DNA of 64,000 nt from Mytilus edulis. Its lineage: Eukaryota. The position numbers were made by a program, and so were the translations under genes. The notes beneath the pieces are model-generated. The model did not search any database and was not told where the DNA came from. It saw only the letters and a list, made by a program, of their open reading frames with translations. The stretch lies in contig NC_092346.1 of the NCBI RefSeq assembly GCF_963676685.1, forward strand, positions 74,710,001 through 74,774,000. The letters are read 5' to 3'. Below are positions 47,361 through 62,937 of this stretch, piece after piece (the first letter of the stretch is position 1; each line of letters starts with the position of its first letter).

Positions 47361-50300
47361 TGAACTGATAACTGTGCTGATCATATCACCTTTCATCCCA
47401 AAATGTTAACTGTGTTTTCCCTGTGGCATTCTGGCAAGATTCGTTATTCATCATTATAAAAATATGATTCAAAGTGACTTATTTAGGCTTTTATCTCATC
47501 TTAAATGAAAAGAAAAGTTTTTGTTTTTTAATGAAAATAAGCAGTGTAATCTTTTGCCCAGGTTTGTAGGTTTTTCCCTAATACTGCATATCAAAATTTA
47601 TTTGATAATATATATTATATATGCATAATATTTAACCAAACATGGCCCAGCCCAATCGATCTTAAATTCTTACTTAAAATATGTTGATAAATTGTTTTCT
47701 TTAGGTATACACCCTACTGCTCTCAACCATAATAAACTAAGTACTACTACTATATGAAAATAAATTTATTGACAAGATTGTTACATCACATTAGTAAAAC
47801 ATTGCACATTGTACACTATAAATGAAAGAGATTCAAAGCTTATAGAGATTACAATACAAAATGTTGACAAAGTATATGTAATACTTAAAATTTATCATTT
47901 AGCACTTAAAATTGTGTATATGATTAATACTTTATAAAAAAGGTCATGGGGTTTTATTCATTTTACATTAACACTTCATTCAAGTATCATGAGTCTTTTG
48001 TGACAACTAAAAAATGTCTATTTAAAGAATTAAATTCTGAAAAAAATTAGTGATGATCTCTTTATAACCCTCAAAGCCTGCAATCGGTACCTAAATAAAG
48101 ATTAAGAAGTTCTAAGATTGCATCATTAACATCACCATAAAATTTGTTTATTTTTTTAAGACATATAGTATCAAGTAATTTTTGCTTCATTCACCTTCCT
48201 CAAATCTAAATTGAGTATTGAGTCAACAATAGTAATATCATATTCATCATTCCTCTAACTGACAAGAGTCTGACCAAATATACACATATCTATGTTTATA
48301 TGTTGAAATCCCCAATATTTGAATAAATAATTAATGTTAATATCTATATGAATTCTTCTGATATGCAGACAAAAACAAATCATTTAAAATAAAATCCCTA
48401 ATTCAAAAACAAAGAAATTATTCTACAAAGTTAAAAAAATTATGCAAGTGTAAAATTTGATAAATATGCATAAAAATTGCATAGATTGTGTAATAAAATG
48501 AACACATTAATAAATAATTACATACATATTGGTAAATAACAATACAAATATAACAAAAACATATCTAACTGAAATTTGTCTAAAACATGAGTCATGAATC
48601 CGAAAAAGGCAACCAGAAAATAGAGTTATATTTAGGTTCATTAAATAAAAAAAAGTGAAATGTTAAAAAAAATATAACAATAAAGACGGAAACTTTAATT
48701 AAATTGTTTTAAGGACTTCCTAATTGTTGATTATTTTCTCATTCCTCACTTCCTTGAACAATTTTGAACTGAGAAGAGTGCAAACCATTTTTGGTCCAAA
48801 TAAAAGACAAAAGTCCTCCATTGTAAAAAAAAAATCAGATGTTGTATGAATGACAATGAGATAATTATCCAACAGAGATGTAAACAACTTATGGCCTTCA
48901 ACATTGAGCAAAACCAATACTGTATAGTTAGCTATAAAATAGGCTCTAGACTGACAAAATGTGAAACAATTCAAAAGAGAAAATCAATGGTCTGATCTAT
49001 GCTTAAATCAGTGAACAAAAAACAAACAGGACTAACAGCTACCAATGACGACCATTCAATCACAGCCTCCCTACTTGGGGTCCTCTTTTGAATTAAAGAT
49101 AAGAAAACCTATACTTTTTGCTGATTCATATCATTTCCAAAATAATTTTATTATTTCTATTAATGGAAAACAATATATAATAAGAAAAAATCCCAATAAG
49201 CGATGGATTTAGATAATGTATTTTTTTTAAGGAAAAGATAGCTTTTCAACTGATGCCTGCTTAATCCCACTATACTTTTACAAATTCAATCTACTAACTG
49301 ATTTTGAAAGATTAGAGAACAACATGTGTTTCCTTTACATAAATAAATACACTTAGCATTAGACTGACAGTCTGTAACCAGTTAATTAATATATCACCAA
49401 ATACGGAGGGATAACTAACTTGACAATAGATATACAATAATTTAGTATAAACATAAATAGTTATCCTGTATAGACTAGATAGTAAATCATTATAAATATA
49501 CAAGTATGTTATATATATATAGGTTTTTAATCTGTTCTTGTTGTTTTCTCTCCTTTAAAGAGAAATCTTTATATTTCTACAGCATGACTTAGTGTAACTT
49601 GATTCTAACACCTTTTACAGGTCACATGCAACATTTTTTTCAAAGTCAGATATGGAATGTGTTGATATACAATCAGCCAACTCCAGGTTTGATCTGTTCA
49701 ATTTTGGGAAAACATTTTGGCTTGAGTTGTAAAGGATAAAAGACTTCTTGGAAAGAAAGGGTTTCCATGATCAAATAATCTACATTATGGTCCTGAAAGA
49801 TGGAATCAATTGGAAATTTGAATTAAATCAGTATTTAGGATCAATCACAGTCAATTGTATCATATACACAATTACTGTTAAAACATTGTTTCAAGCCCCT
49901 TACATGTACATCTATATCTGCTGAACTTTATGGCACTATGTGTGATGGTACTGCACAATAAAATACAAGTCTTTTCACATTTGACCCTAATTTGATTCTA
50001 TGTTTGCTACTCATGGCCCATATGACATCATTCAGGATATAAAACAGGTCTAACAATAAAAAAATATTGCATATGACCTTTAAACACTAGGATAGAGGTG
50101 GTTTATTAATTTCCATTTGTCGACAGGAGATAAACAAATGTTACGCACATAAGGAAAATCTAGTTCAAAAGTAAAAATCTGATCTTTTTTCAGTGCATTA
50201 GTAAGTTCTTGAAGATCTTTATAGATCCACTATATAAAGAATAATTTATGTAACAAACTAAAAATTAGAAAATTTTGTCATTCTAATTGCTGTTTTGTCT

Positions 50301-52025
50301 CCATACTCAATGACCAAACCTTCCTTGTGTTTATTTGTTCTTTGTACTCACATTAAAGCTCAGTGACTGTCAATAGGCTGTGACAATCATACACCATAAA
50401 ATGATATCAAATCAGCAATTCAATCCAAATTTTGTAACTGATTTGAAAAAAACTCATAAATAACAGTATATAAAGGTTATCAGTCTCCCACAAAATAAGT
50501 TATATAAACTCAATGTCTGGAAAACTTGTTTTAAGTTTTCTTTTGCACATGTAGAAATTCTAATTTAAAAACTAAATAGTTTTTTGGTTGTTTTACAAAA
50601 TCAATTATTCAGTGACCAGTCACATTTAATGATGTCAACATCAGGAAAAAGAAAAAGATTTTGGTTGCAAGTGGAACAGATATGTGGTAATCTGTAACCA
50701 TGATAATTCCATGACAAGATAGCTTCAATAAAACTTTTAAAGGGGGAGGAACTAAAACTTATATAATTGGATTCTTTGGTTCAGTAACTTTCTTGTGAGC
50801 AGCAACCCATCTATCAAGGATATCATGAAAACTGAAGCCCTGGAATATCAGCTGGCAGATTTTATATCAACCCATAGGCACTGCTAAAATTTTGCTGAAC
50901 AGAAATGGAACATTCACAATGGGAAAATTTAAATCATCTCTTGTAAGTTTTAAGTCGATCCCTCATTGTCAAATTTAGATGTAACTGAAGATACCAAGCA
51001 GACTTAACTTAATATGTGGATAAGAAATAAAATATTGTACCATGAGGTGAAGATGATTGTAATGAAAAATTGTGCTTTGCTCTTGTTTCATAAAAAATAT
51101 AATGTTTGAAACTTTAACAATCTGTTGGGGGAAAAAAGGGAGGTGAAGAATGCAAAATCATCATTTCCTATTTAAAAAATAAGGAATTCTGCCTATAGTT
51201 CAAAATGAAGTATAAAGTATATAAAAACCTAATATAATGTATACAAAAAAAGTAATATGACACTTTTTGGAAAAGGGAATATGCTTGAATGATATCTACG
51301 AAAGCTTTAGTCAATTCTAAGCAAATACTTAGTAATTTATTAAATACTTTATATTATGAATTTTGAAGGCACTAAGAATTCTTTTCTTCAATATGCACAA
51401 CAACTGAAAAATAAATTATTTCTTTTTGATTAAAAAGAAATACCATATGCCTTCTTTTTTAGCAATAAAATCTAGAATGTTTCTTTCTTATTCTCTTATT
51501 TCAAATAAAGTATCTATTTAATATAATACCAACATGACAATAAATGACATCAAAATGTAACTTTAATTATTTCAATATATTTCAATCTTAGTTTAAACAG
51601 GTTTCACTGTACAAAAAAAACAATAGTCATCACAAAATTTTATTAGAAATGACTTAGAAAGTAAAATATTGCACTTTGTTTATAGTCTAGAGTATTTCTT
51701 TTAAAACAACTAGACAAATAGTTTAACATAATTTATACATTTGATCACTTAACTCACATAAATATCCTGGTATAAAACCATATTACTCCCTAATTATTTC
51801 ATTAAGGATCCTTGATCAATTTTTAGACTGATCAATTTATTAATATCAATATTTTTCTGTTATGATTTATTTGCAATTTTTGAAGAAACTATGCCCTTTA
51901 AAATCAAAGCTTGGAAGCCAAATTACACTTGATATTTGATTACAAAAGCTGATCTGCCATTTAGATTAAATACTGCTGCTTTTGCTAATCTTATATATAT
52001 AGGTTGTATATATCTAAATAAAGTA

Positions 52026-55000
52026 TTATACAAGTGTTTGTAAGGTTTCAAATGTATGGTCATCAATGTAGACAGAAGACACACGATTACTTTGGTATAG
52101 ACTTTCTGGTCGAGCCCGTGGTATAACACATCTAGCTTGTAATTCATCTATGTAGTCTTTGATTAGATGAGCTATCTCATAAGCCTAAAATTATATAAAA
52201 AAAGAAGCTGAAATTCATCTATAGATGTCATAAGATAAAATAAATAAATGGGACACAGATGATTCTTCTGCTTGTATATCATATAAAGTTATAAAGGGAC
52301 ATAACTGAAGAACAGTAAAAGTAACCCAAATTTGAAACTTAGCAGAGTTTTATGGTAATAAGTATTGTGTATTAGTTTCATTTAATTTGGTTGATGCAAA
52401 CTTAGTTTAGAGAACAGAAACGAAAAATTCAACATTTTTTCCATTTGTAAAGGGGCATAACTCTAGAAAATTAAGTGACAACCCATCAATTCAAACTTGA
52501 TCTGTATTTTGTGGTAATGAGCATTGTGTACATGTTTCATAGCATTTGGTTAAGGCAAACAAAAGCTAGAGAATGGAAACAAAAAAATCATCAATTTCTC
52601 CATTTGTGAGAGGGCATAACTGTAGAATGGTTAAAAAGTAACATCACAGAAATACTAAACTTCGTGGAAAATTCAAAATGGAAAGTCCCTAGTCAAATGA
52701 TAAAACGCATCAAACGAGTGGACAACAACTGTCATAATCCTGAATTGGTACAGGCATTTTTAATGTAGAAAATGGTGGAGTAAACCTGGTTTTATAGCGC
52801 TAAACCTCTCACTTGTACGACAGTCTCATCAATTTCCATTATATTGACAATGATGCGTAGACAAAATGTCACAAATAGGGGTACAAAAACAACATCGACC
52901 CCAAAAGTGACTCTCCAAATAATTCAAACTTGATCTGTATTTTGTGGTAATAAGCATTGTGTATAAGTTTCATCACATTTGGTTGAGGCAAACTCAAGTT
53001 AGAGAACAGAAACTAAAAAATTCAGCATTTTTTTCATTTGTAAAGGGGCACAACTCTAGAACAGTTAAAGTAACGCCCCAAACATTCATACTTGATCTTT
53101 TATTTGTATCTTTTGGTAAATTGCATTGTGTATAAGTTTAATAGCATTTGGTTGAGGCAAACTAAAGCTGGAGAATGGAAATGAAAAATCTGTAAATTTT
53201 TCGTTTGTAAAGTGGCATAACTCGAACGGTTAAAAGGACGCCACCATATTTCAAACTTGATCTGTGTTTTGTGGTAATAATCATTGTGTATAATTTCATA
53301 ACATTTGGTCGAGGCAAAATTTAATTGTATGAAAATGGTATAAAGTCATTGTTTTCTATAACGGTGAACATTACAATTACTTTAATTTTTTTTTTATCAA
53401 TGAGTTATTTCAGTACTCATATCTTACTATTTCTGGACAAAAGCAATTATCTTCATTATTCTCATTTCTTCTTTTTAGGTAAACATGAGCAGAACCATTC
53501 ATAATATTTTAACAATTTAAATCATTGCTTTGATTAAACAAAAGCTTGTACACTTGTGTATCACACAGTATATCCTTTTTTTTAAAACTCCAGGTGGGGG
53601 ATCTCCTTCTTAGGAAATTTCTAAATTGTGGTTTGTTTTGTATACATATATTGTTTCATCATGCAATTTAACCCTGGCAATTTTGGCTACTTTTTTTTAT
53701 TCTAAAATAGTTGTCTTATAAACAATTGACATATCTTTTGTCTCAAATCCACAACAAATCATTAAATATATGTTTCTGTTTGGGCTTTTTCCCTTATATA
53801 AGTGTTTCAAGTAGAATCGCACTTTATTACTGTGTTACATAATTATGTCAAGATGTAATTTACGGAGAATGAAATGACAAATAAATATGTTTGGGTGTTT
53901 TTTCATTTACATGATTACTTTGTGATTACTAACCTGATTTGAATTAAACATGTACTTTGATCCTGTTGCCATGTGACCTACTACAATCATAATACTTTTT
54001 ATAGCTGGACTGGAATGAACCACTTCCGTGAAATCATGGGATTCTAAAATATCCTGAAAAGTCCAATTTTTTTTTGTTAAACACTGTAGAAAATGTTTGT
54101 TTATTAAAGACTCTTTTACTGTAAGAAAAAAAAAACAGATTGTGAGAACTAGGTAATATTTTGATAAAAAGATGCATATTCTCATCACACTGTTTTAGTT
54201 AATATTCAAAATTAAATTAAATTAATCATGTTCTTTCACTTGGATCATTTTCAAGTTTAAATCAGTTTTCTTTACAACTTGTTTATTATTTAATATGACT
54301 AATTAAAATAAAACATAAAATCATTTCATATAATTTTCCATTCAAACTTACGAATGTTTTCATCTCCAGTAATGAAACACCTTTCTGGTTTATAGCTAGG
54401 AACAGTAACTTGGGTAGTGATGTTGTATAAGATTGCTGGAAAAAAAAAGATGATAAATAATTCTAATGCAATTATTTTGTATCAATGGTTCTGATTGGAT
54501 GACAGTAAGCGTAAAATTCTCTATCTCCTGGTCTGTAACTAAGGAAGCCGACATTTTGAATTGCTGAATGTATTGACATGTAATTTCTACAATAATAAGC
54601 CAAAAAACTCACATGTTGCACCTAAAAATCTTCTTTTTATCTAATTTTATTACATTTTGAAGCGGCACAGAAGCCAGAAAATGCACAGTGTTTATGTTTG
54701 ACACCAGAAGCATACCTATGACGTCACCTAGTGTAGGGACCAAAAAAGATAACATCTTTTCACGGAATTTTCTTTAATGAAGACCTTACACTGAAATAAT
54801 GATTGAAATTTAATTACGAACTTGTTTTGCTACGCGACAGTAAAACTACCGATGGACGTCCGCAAAGCTTCAAATACAATACAGTTATCTCTTAAACATA
54901 CTGCAATATATTTATGGGTCCAAAATTTTGGCTGAATTTCATACATTTTATTCATATTTTAAAAGCTGTGTCGAAGGTACATCAATACTTCAAAAAATTC

Positions 55001-58000
55001 CATTAAAATAATTATGATGTTAAAATGTCTCTCTTAAGAGTTTTGTGAACATGTGTAATTTGATGTTTCAAACTGCATTTTTGGTGGCAAACATCAAGTG
55101 TTTGCGCCCGCTGATACAGGATAATTTACAAATGCATCTTCAAATATGGACCACACCTGCCTTATTAATATTTATATGGTTATTCCATGAAACTTATGTT
55201 TGCCACCACAAATTTTAATTTTATATTACATGTACAAGTTATCATTAGAATGACACTATCATGACATGGATGATGGTGATAGTTACTATATATCATACCA
55301 CAATGTTGCATAAATATGTTCCACGTTTAGGGTATATTTTGCATGTTTCAAAATGAACATTTTATGAGTATAAGATTAGAATAGTAATAACTGCACTGTA
55401 TTTGGAGAGATGCCAGTAAACATACTTAACTAACATTTGAATTACCAATTGACAATGACAACTCTTCCACAGTACTAATGTTCTATTGAAAACTTACAGT
55501 AAGGACTTGCATAGTATCAGATGAACACAGACATAATGTGGTGTAACTTCACTTCATCAGCCTAATAAAAACCTTGTGTGAACCTATTTCTTTGATTGTA
55601 TCCTTACATTTCAGTTTTATGTTAGAGTGATTGAAAAACTAACTAAAATAAACATTAGTTCCCAGCTGTAGGAAAAGCAATCGCATATAAATTTAAATGT
55701 ATACTTACCTATATTAGCAGAAGGGAAGAATGTTGCAGACATAAATTATCAAATTAAAATCTAAGCAAGAACTTATTTCTGGACTAAAATACTCACCGAA
55801 ACCTCGAATAATGTTGATCCAAACAATGGCCATGATTTGAGCATTTCTATAAAGGTGAGGATTGCCTGGTTTGGTGTCATATCTAAAAGATTTTGGTGAG
55901 CTGCAACTATATCTTCCACTTTTATATTGGCCCTCATGCTACGTGGTAAAATTCTTACTACAGAACTGAAATAGAAATTTAAAATTGCCCAGCATGTAAA
56001 ATTTCAAGTATGAAAAGTGGGTTTATTGTATCAAAATGGTGCTACATAACTGTTTTTCTTTTTAATATTTTGAAAATTCCAGTACACAGCCTCTATTACT
56101 ACAGCTGATTAAAAAAAAAATCAGCTTTTGTTTTATAAAGTTTTGTAGATCTTTGAAACAACAAAATATATTGTACAGATTTCCACAGAACCCTGTGTCT
56201 AGCCTGGCTTGCTGCTCTTAGTGCAGAAGTGTAATGTTCATCGCAAACCCTTATCAGTAAAATAATAGATTTTTTTTTCTTCAGATGGTATTTCTTGATT
56301 TGAAGGAGCTTATTTTCAAAATTAATCAGATTCTGCAAGTATGCAGCATTTGAACAAAAAAATTGATAATAATAAACCAGCTTATCAAGTCTGCAGTGAA
56401 GTATGACCGATTTTTTAACCATTGATGGAAGGTTTATAGCTAAACTGTGTAGTATGCATATCAAATATTACCTGTAGTCTATATCTGCCGTCTTTAGTTC
56501 ATCCATCTCAGACTGAATCTTTAAGGCACAAAGATGAACCTTAATATAAAAGAAACAGAATGTCATGTATGTATGCTTATCGCAAACAGGAAGAAGTTTG
56601 ATGGAACAAAGGAGGTTATATGAGCTCCTTGATGGAACTAAAAATTTGTCAAAAAGTATGAAGCTTATTGCAATAGACATATAGTTATTGAGAAAAATGT
56701 GACAGAAATATGCTTTCCACAGAAGGAAAGAGGTAAAAGTGTAAACTTGCCAGCCTTTCAAATGTATATTCTTTGAAGTTATGCACAATACAGATTTAAC
56801 TTACAGCATCCTCTACAGTTAGTGGTACTCTCTGTTCAAACATATCTTCTATAAGTTGATGGAAGACAAGATCACATTCCACTGGGTCTAGTGGATTAAT
56901 GTAGGGAGAAATAAACAATCGTTTCTGAAAAATACAAAATATTGAAACATCACAATCTTCTCAACACCGTGGCTTTATGCCCAGGATATAATCATTTTTG
57001 AAAGAATGATATGTTAAAACTTTATATTCTATTTTATGGATATTATATTTTGCAATTTCATCTTGAAAAAATGTACAAATATATATTATCTCAGACAGTA
57101 CTGAGTTATGAATACTAATCTTTTTATGGTATGTCTGACATCACTGGAAAGTCTTTATATAACAGAGTATCCTTTTTGTATCTTACCTTGAAAATTAATC
57201 TATTATCCCTAACAGCACCTCTGGAAAGTCTTTCCCATTTACTTAAGGTATCTGATAATTTCTCATCCAAATTCATACAGCGTTCTGGAATCAATTCAGC
57301 ATTTAGATACAAATATTATCACATGAAGTTGTACATTTTTTTTATTGAATTAAAGAAAGAAAATAATATTAAGTTTAAGTTGACTCACCGAATAAAAGTG
57401 TTAATCATTTTGAATAATGTTAATATGGCATTCTTTCTTTTTAAATGTTTCCTTTATCAATAAGAACTTAAATTGGGATGGAGAGTTGTATCATTGGCAC
57501 TTATACAACATCTTTTTTTATTTTTTCATATCTGTTGGGTGCATAATAATCATTCCTATATATAAATACTAATGAATATAAATATTGCAGATTATAACTG
57601 AAATGCAAAAAGTTTCAAATTTGAGTACAATTCATATATTATGCATCAATTATTGAAGCGTCCCACATGATGTCCTAGAGTATAGAGAGTGTGGGTTTGA
57701 TCTATTTGCAGGGTCAAACTAAAAGGTGAAAATTGGTAAATAATGGTCAAGTTTTGTTCCTGATTTATACTATACATGTACATGCATAAAACCTATATTA
57801 TAAATTAATACAATTGATCACTATTTTCTCAAATTGCCTTTGATCCTTCCCCGATCATTTTCCATATCACACTTATCAAGTGATATTGTATTTTCAATAA
57901 GAAGAAAAAGAATGTATGACATTATAAGCCTAGGAAAATAGCAATAAAAAGATTATCAATGGTCTTTCCAACTTCAGGATTTTTTCTGGTCTAAATTTCA

Positions 58001-61000
58001 TCTCAAGGCTGTCAACCTCTAATGATATAGTAGCCCTGAGGTACCTTCTTGTTTAAGAAACCATTGATAATCTTTAAATATACGTGATAGGGAAACCTCA
58101 TACCTTTGATATCATACAAGTCTGTAAAACAAAAATGTATGTGACTTTATCAAGACTGATTGAAATTAATACTCATTACTGTCATCTAAACATGAATTGC
58201 ATAATTGGTTTATGGAATATAGGAATAGATAAAACAGCAAATTCACCTGAAGAAAAGTGATATTAACATTGCCAAAGCAAAACATTGTCATTAAATAATA
58301 CTTTTCTCTTACAATATAGACTAAAGTTGTCACTGTCTTTCAATTTAGTAAATATGTGGTTTAATTGACTTTTGAAAACAGATATTCACTTCTGTTATTA
58401 TCTTATAAATAAACTCACCAGACCCACCAATCTGTTCATAGAGAGCAAAACAATCAGCATCAGACCTCATTCCAATCTTAGCTTTTACTGTTTTTATAAC
58501 CTACAATTTAAAAAGAATAGAATCACATATTTATATCCATGTTATAAGAGAAGTTTTCAAAATACAAATATGAAGAAAGTCAATGTTTTTCATTTCTTTT
58601 ATAAACTCATAGCTTTCGAGGATATTGTTACAGCAGCCTCCCATAATTGATACATATCATTTTCAAGACTTTTTTTTTATATACACTTTTAAACACTTAA
58701 GACCTAATAACCTTATATTATAGGAATATCTAAATGCCCTCCTCAGTTATCTCATATCTTACCTCTTCACAAGTTGCTGCAGAATCAAATTCTATACTCC
58801 TGTTCTCACCATTCATAAAATATACTCTGTCATATATCTGTCGCCTGTAAATATAAAATATATAGTAATTCATCTATCCCTTGTACATATACAATATCCC
58901 CTTATCATATATATATCTGAAGTCTGTAAACCTATACTTTACTTACTTATATATTGTATAACAAATGCTGCTAAAAATGTTCTCATCCGAACTTATAAGG
59001 AATTTTGAAACCTTTTGGTTTGTGCAATGTACCATAATTCTTAAAGGAAACCACCCATATACCCTGTTACAGATTGCATGGGTATCAAATGGAGTTTATC
59101 TGCAACTTGATTAAAAGGCTCTTATTTTTGTAGATCTTATTACTAAGCAGAATTTTCAAATCATTTACCCCAATGTTCTATCTCTAACTCCTAAATATCA
59201 TACAGGAGAAGTTTGATACCAAATATTCAAAGTTTATGATGAGCAAGTGATGACCTCAGTTTAAATCATGCCAGATGAGCAAATAATCAGAAGTTTTTAT
59301 GCAGTCATTGAACTATGAAAATGAGGTGAAAGATGACAGACATATGATAGTAGAAAATATCTGATCATGGATCATCAATATACAAATAAAACAAAAACTT
59401 TACAAACCTATCAATAAGACATTTTATTTCCTTCCTGGATGGTGGAAACTTTCTCTTCCTATGTTCCAAAGTTCTGTTGAAGCACTAAAAATGTAACAAA
59501 AGTTTTATAGCATATAATTGAGTGTTTTTAATATGTCTTCTGTTTACAATTTTTTTGCTATTCTTAAAAGAAATTCAAGCCATTCAAAATTAATTTCTGT
59601 TCATCTATGGTATATCAAGGAAAATAATAGACATTAATAAACTTGTTAAAATAAATGATTCTAGAATACTTGAAGAATTTAAAACTAGCAATGAATTTTC
59701 TTAAAATTCTGGTATTGTGAAAATCCTGAGTTACTGTATAACACAGATGATGCTGAAACTTATTGAGGATTCAAGTTCATGGCTCTACAACACTCAAAAA
59801 AAGTTTCCTTTCCCACTCAAAACAGTGTCAGAGTATATATATAGGAAACATGGAACAAAGATATGGACAGGGTGTTACTCACCTGATCAATTATCAATTA
59901 TATAAATTGCCAAACATATGAAATACGTTTTTCAAATAAAAATAAATGCCTATCAAGCAGAATTCATTGTGTATTTTACCTTGTGACAAAACCTGGCATA
60001 TCTTCCTTCTTCACTAGCAGCATCTAATGAACACTTCCTTAGATGACACTGTATATACTTCTGTACACGTGTATTGGATGGGAAGGTACAACTTGCAGTT
60101 ACTGCCATTAACTGCCAGTTCCTCTTGTTTACTTGACTGTTAGGATCTGAACAATATAATCATAATTTTTTTTTGAAAAAAATGTTTGTAAGCAAAGATT
60201 TAATAAAGATGAAGTGTTACCCATGTTAAATATGTGTGTCCTCATAGTCTGCAAGTCTATCTTTCAAAAATATACTATGTGTTGATTGCAATATAATTGC
60301 CCATATAAGCTATTTATGTTTGGGGAAAAAAGATAAACCATTCTTGTGTTGGTCTTTTTTAAGTGTTTGTTTCTCATTTGGCCTTTGATTATTTAACTGT
60401 GGTCAATTCATTTATCATTCATAACGCTTCTTTTAAACTGAATGAAAAAACAAAGTTTCATGAAAATTGGTTAAATTGTTTTTAAGTTATTGTCCGACAG
60501 GTTGATAACAGTATACCATAATACCTCCTGTAAACAGATGTATAAAAAATAATTAATATACACATTAAATTAAGAAGATTTAGCATTATCTAAAATGCTG
60601 ACTTATGCCATTGTTATTCCATAATTTAACATGTATTTGTGCATGTGTTGTTTCTTGTAGTGTGTGTGTGTGGATGGGTGGATGGATATAGAGGCACTAT
60701 ATTTAGAATTTGATTTTGTATTCTTTTTTAAATGAGTTTTAAGAATCGCATTGAACTAAACATAAATCTATTTCTTTGTGGCAAGATATTTTTAAAAAGT
60801 GCCTTCATATCCTCATACCATACAAACAAATAAATATAAACCAGTCCTTATCTGAGATTCTTACCAGGATGGTCTGTGGTCTGTTTGGCTAGTTGTAGAT
60901 AGAATTCATTACACAGCTGATCATTGTCAAGACATGTATTCATCAAACTTTGTACTAAACTCATCAAGTCTGGCTTCTCATCACCTTTACCTAAATAATG

Positions 61001-62027
61001 TGTCAATAACTTTAACAACAATAATCAAAGATCCAACATAAAATAAAACTATCAAAGGACAAAACTTTTACATAGTAAATATTACTAAAGTGAGATCCCT
61101 AACTTGTCACAAGGCAAATAAACATCAGCTGCATTTTAGACCCATTGGTGGTCATTGGTCGTTATCTGCTCTATGGTTGGGTTGTTGTCTCTTTGACACA
61201 TTCCCCATTTCCATTTCCAATTTTATCAGTTAAAGTATTTTTTTACTTTATTTTTTGCTGAATATTTCAAGTACTGTATAATTACAGAACATAAAATCAT
61301 AGTAGATTTTTCTAGGGATATCTTTCTTGGCTTCTCTCTTTCATTTCTTAATATATCATCAAATTAAGGTACATTTTCATAGATTTCTCCATAGATACCT
61401 TACTTGGCTTCATTATAGATCACTTTGATAGATTCCTCTGTATATTGACAACTTACTTGGCTTCATTATGAAGCATTCTAATATATTCCTCTATAGAAAA
61501 ATTATTTGTCATCTTTTTCTCTCCATAATATATCCTTACAGATACAAATATAATTTAATCAGTAGATTATTTTTCAGTTCATAATACTGTAAACTAACTC
61601 AATTTTGTTTTGCTCTTTCTAATCCGGTTGATGTGATATAATTTTACGATTTTCAAATTTACCTGATGTAACAAGATAAGGAAAGATTCAAGTGTTAATT
61701 TTGTGGGGGCTATTCAAATTTTTCTACTGATGAAATTAGCAAAAATAAATTGCGAGAAAATTATTCAGTTTACAGTATATCATAATTGATTGGAGCATTA
61801 TTCATAAATTTTAATTGCATGACCTACCTGCCTCCTCTACCCCACAATACATAAGTATACAATGGAACATTCTGATAGCTTTCTCTTCCATCTGTGGATC
61901 AGTCAGAGAAACAGTCAGTGGATGTTTAATACAAGATTTACTGTAAGACCAGTAACTATCATCAAAGTTCCCACTCCCTCCTCCAATCGTTGATTTTCTC
62001 ATTCTCTCCATCTTAGATTTGGTAAGT
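52026..62027 (-). CDS. 3' part of a MyTH4-FERM protein, most like the unconventional myosin XXII tail; gene extends beyond the window end
   Basis: Phase-consistent GT-AG exons on the - strand: 62027-61828, 60990-60865, 60146-59980, 59484-59408, 58844-58763, 58500-58419, (58121-58104 micro-exon), 57284-57187, 56924-56805, 56539-56472, 55965-55797, 54435-54352, 54053-53934, 52184-52026. MyTH4: [29 protein letters not shown]...RKFPPSRKEI; FERM: RVYFMNG, LIFKKRLF, WPLFGSTLFEV, EIAHLIKDYI. Myosin class is from recalled similarity only; last exon uncertain. Confidence 0.88.
52235..53320. repeat. Degenerate satellite-like array (units of about 165 bp) interrupted by a dispersed repeat at about 52650-52890
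   Basis: Recurring GGGCATAACTCTAGAA...TTCAAACTTGATCTGTATTTTGTGGTAAT...CATTTGGTTGAGGCAAAC. Confidence 0.75.
57948..58075. repeat. Small inverted-repeat element next to the micro-exon
   Basis: Perfect 16-bp IR AAAGATTATCAATGGT / ACCATTGATAATCTTT. Confidence 0.7.
61130..61226 (+). repeat. Fragment matching the Naiad 3' terminus
   Basis: GGGTTGTTGTCTCTTTGACACATTCCCCATTTCCATT is identical to 28744-28780. Confidence 0.85.
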
Positions 62028-62445
62028 CTGAAAAAAAAGATAAATGCACACTTATTATTTAAACACAAACAAGTACTTTCCAAATGCTAATCTTTCACAT
62101 ATAAGTACAAATACCGGTAGCATTCCACAAAAAAAGTGCACCTCATATAATTTCAGCGAGTACAAAGATACAAAATTACACTTCTCCCTGGTTGTTTAAA
62201 GAACTATTGCTTCAATGTGTACTTAATGTTTGTCTATCGGGGAAATGTATTTTATTTATTGTACCTATAGTGACCGTTGATCTACTTTGGCCATATTGGT
62301 CTCTTTTAGTTGACATTGTATATTTGCTGTCTATTTTTGTAATTTTATCACACATCACATTCACAAATATTGACATAATGGTAGAAAAACTAGAAAGAGA
62401 CTAAATGATATCGACTTAAGAAGATAACTGAGGCTGAAACTACCT

Positions 62446-62937
62446 AAACAAGAATGTGTCCAAAGCACACAGATGCTCCACTCCAACTATCATTTTCCAT
62501 GTTCAATGGACCGTGAAATTGGATAAAAAATATAATTAGGCATTAAAATTAGAAAGATAATATCATAGGGAACATGTGTACTAAGTTGCAAGTTGATTGG
62601 ACTCCAACTTCATCAAAAACTACCTTGACCAAAAACTTTAACCTGAAACATGCCCTTTCATTTTCTATGTTCAGGGGACCGTGAAATTGGGGTCAAAAGT
62701 TTAATTTGGCTTTAAAATTAGAAAGATCATATCATAAGGAACATGTGTACTAAGTTTCAAGTTGATTGGACCTCAACTTCATCAAAAACTACCTTGACCA
62801 AAAACTTTAACCTGAAGCGGGACAGACGGACGAACGAACGGACGAACAGACGTACGGACGAACGGACGTACGGACGAACGGACGCACAGACCAGAAAACA
62901 TAATGCCTCTCTACTATCGTAGGTGGGGCATTAAAAG
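62446..62937 (-). mobile_element. HINE-like element with two internal units of about 170 bp
   Basis: Duplicated GGACCGTGAAATTGG...AAAACTTTAACCTGAA; (GGAC/GAAC)n microsatellite 62818-62890; terminal imperfect hairpin TAATGCC...GGCATTA then A-run. Confidence 0.75.
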
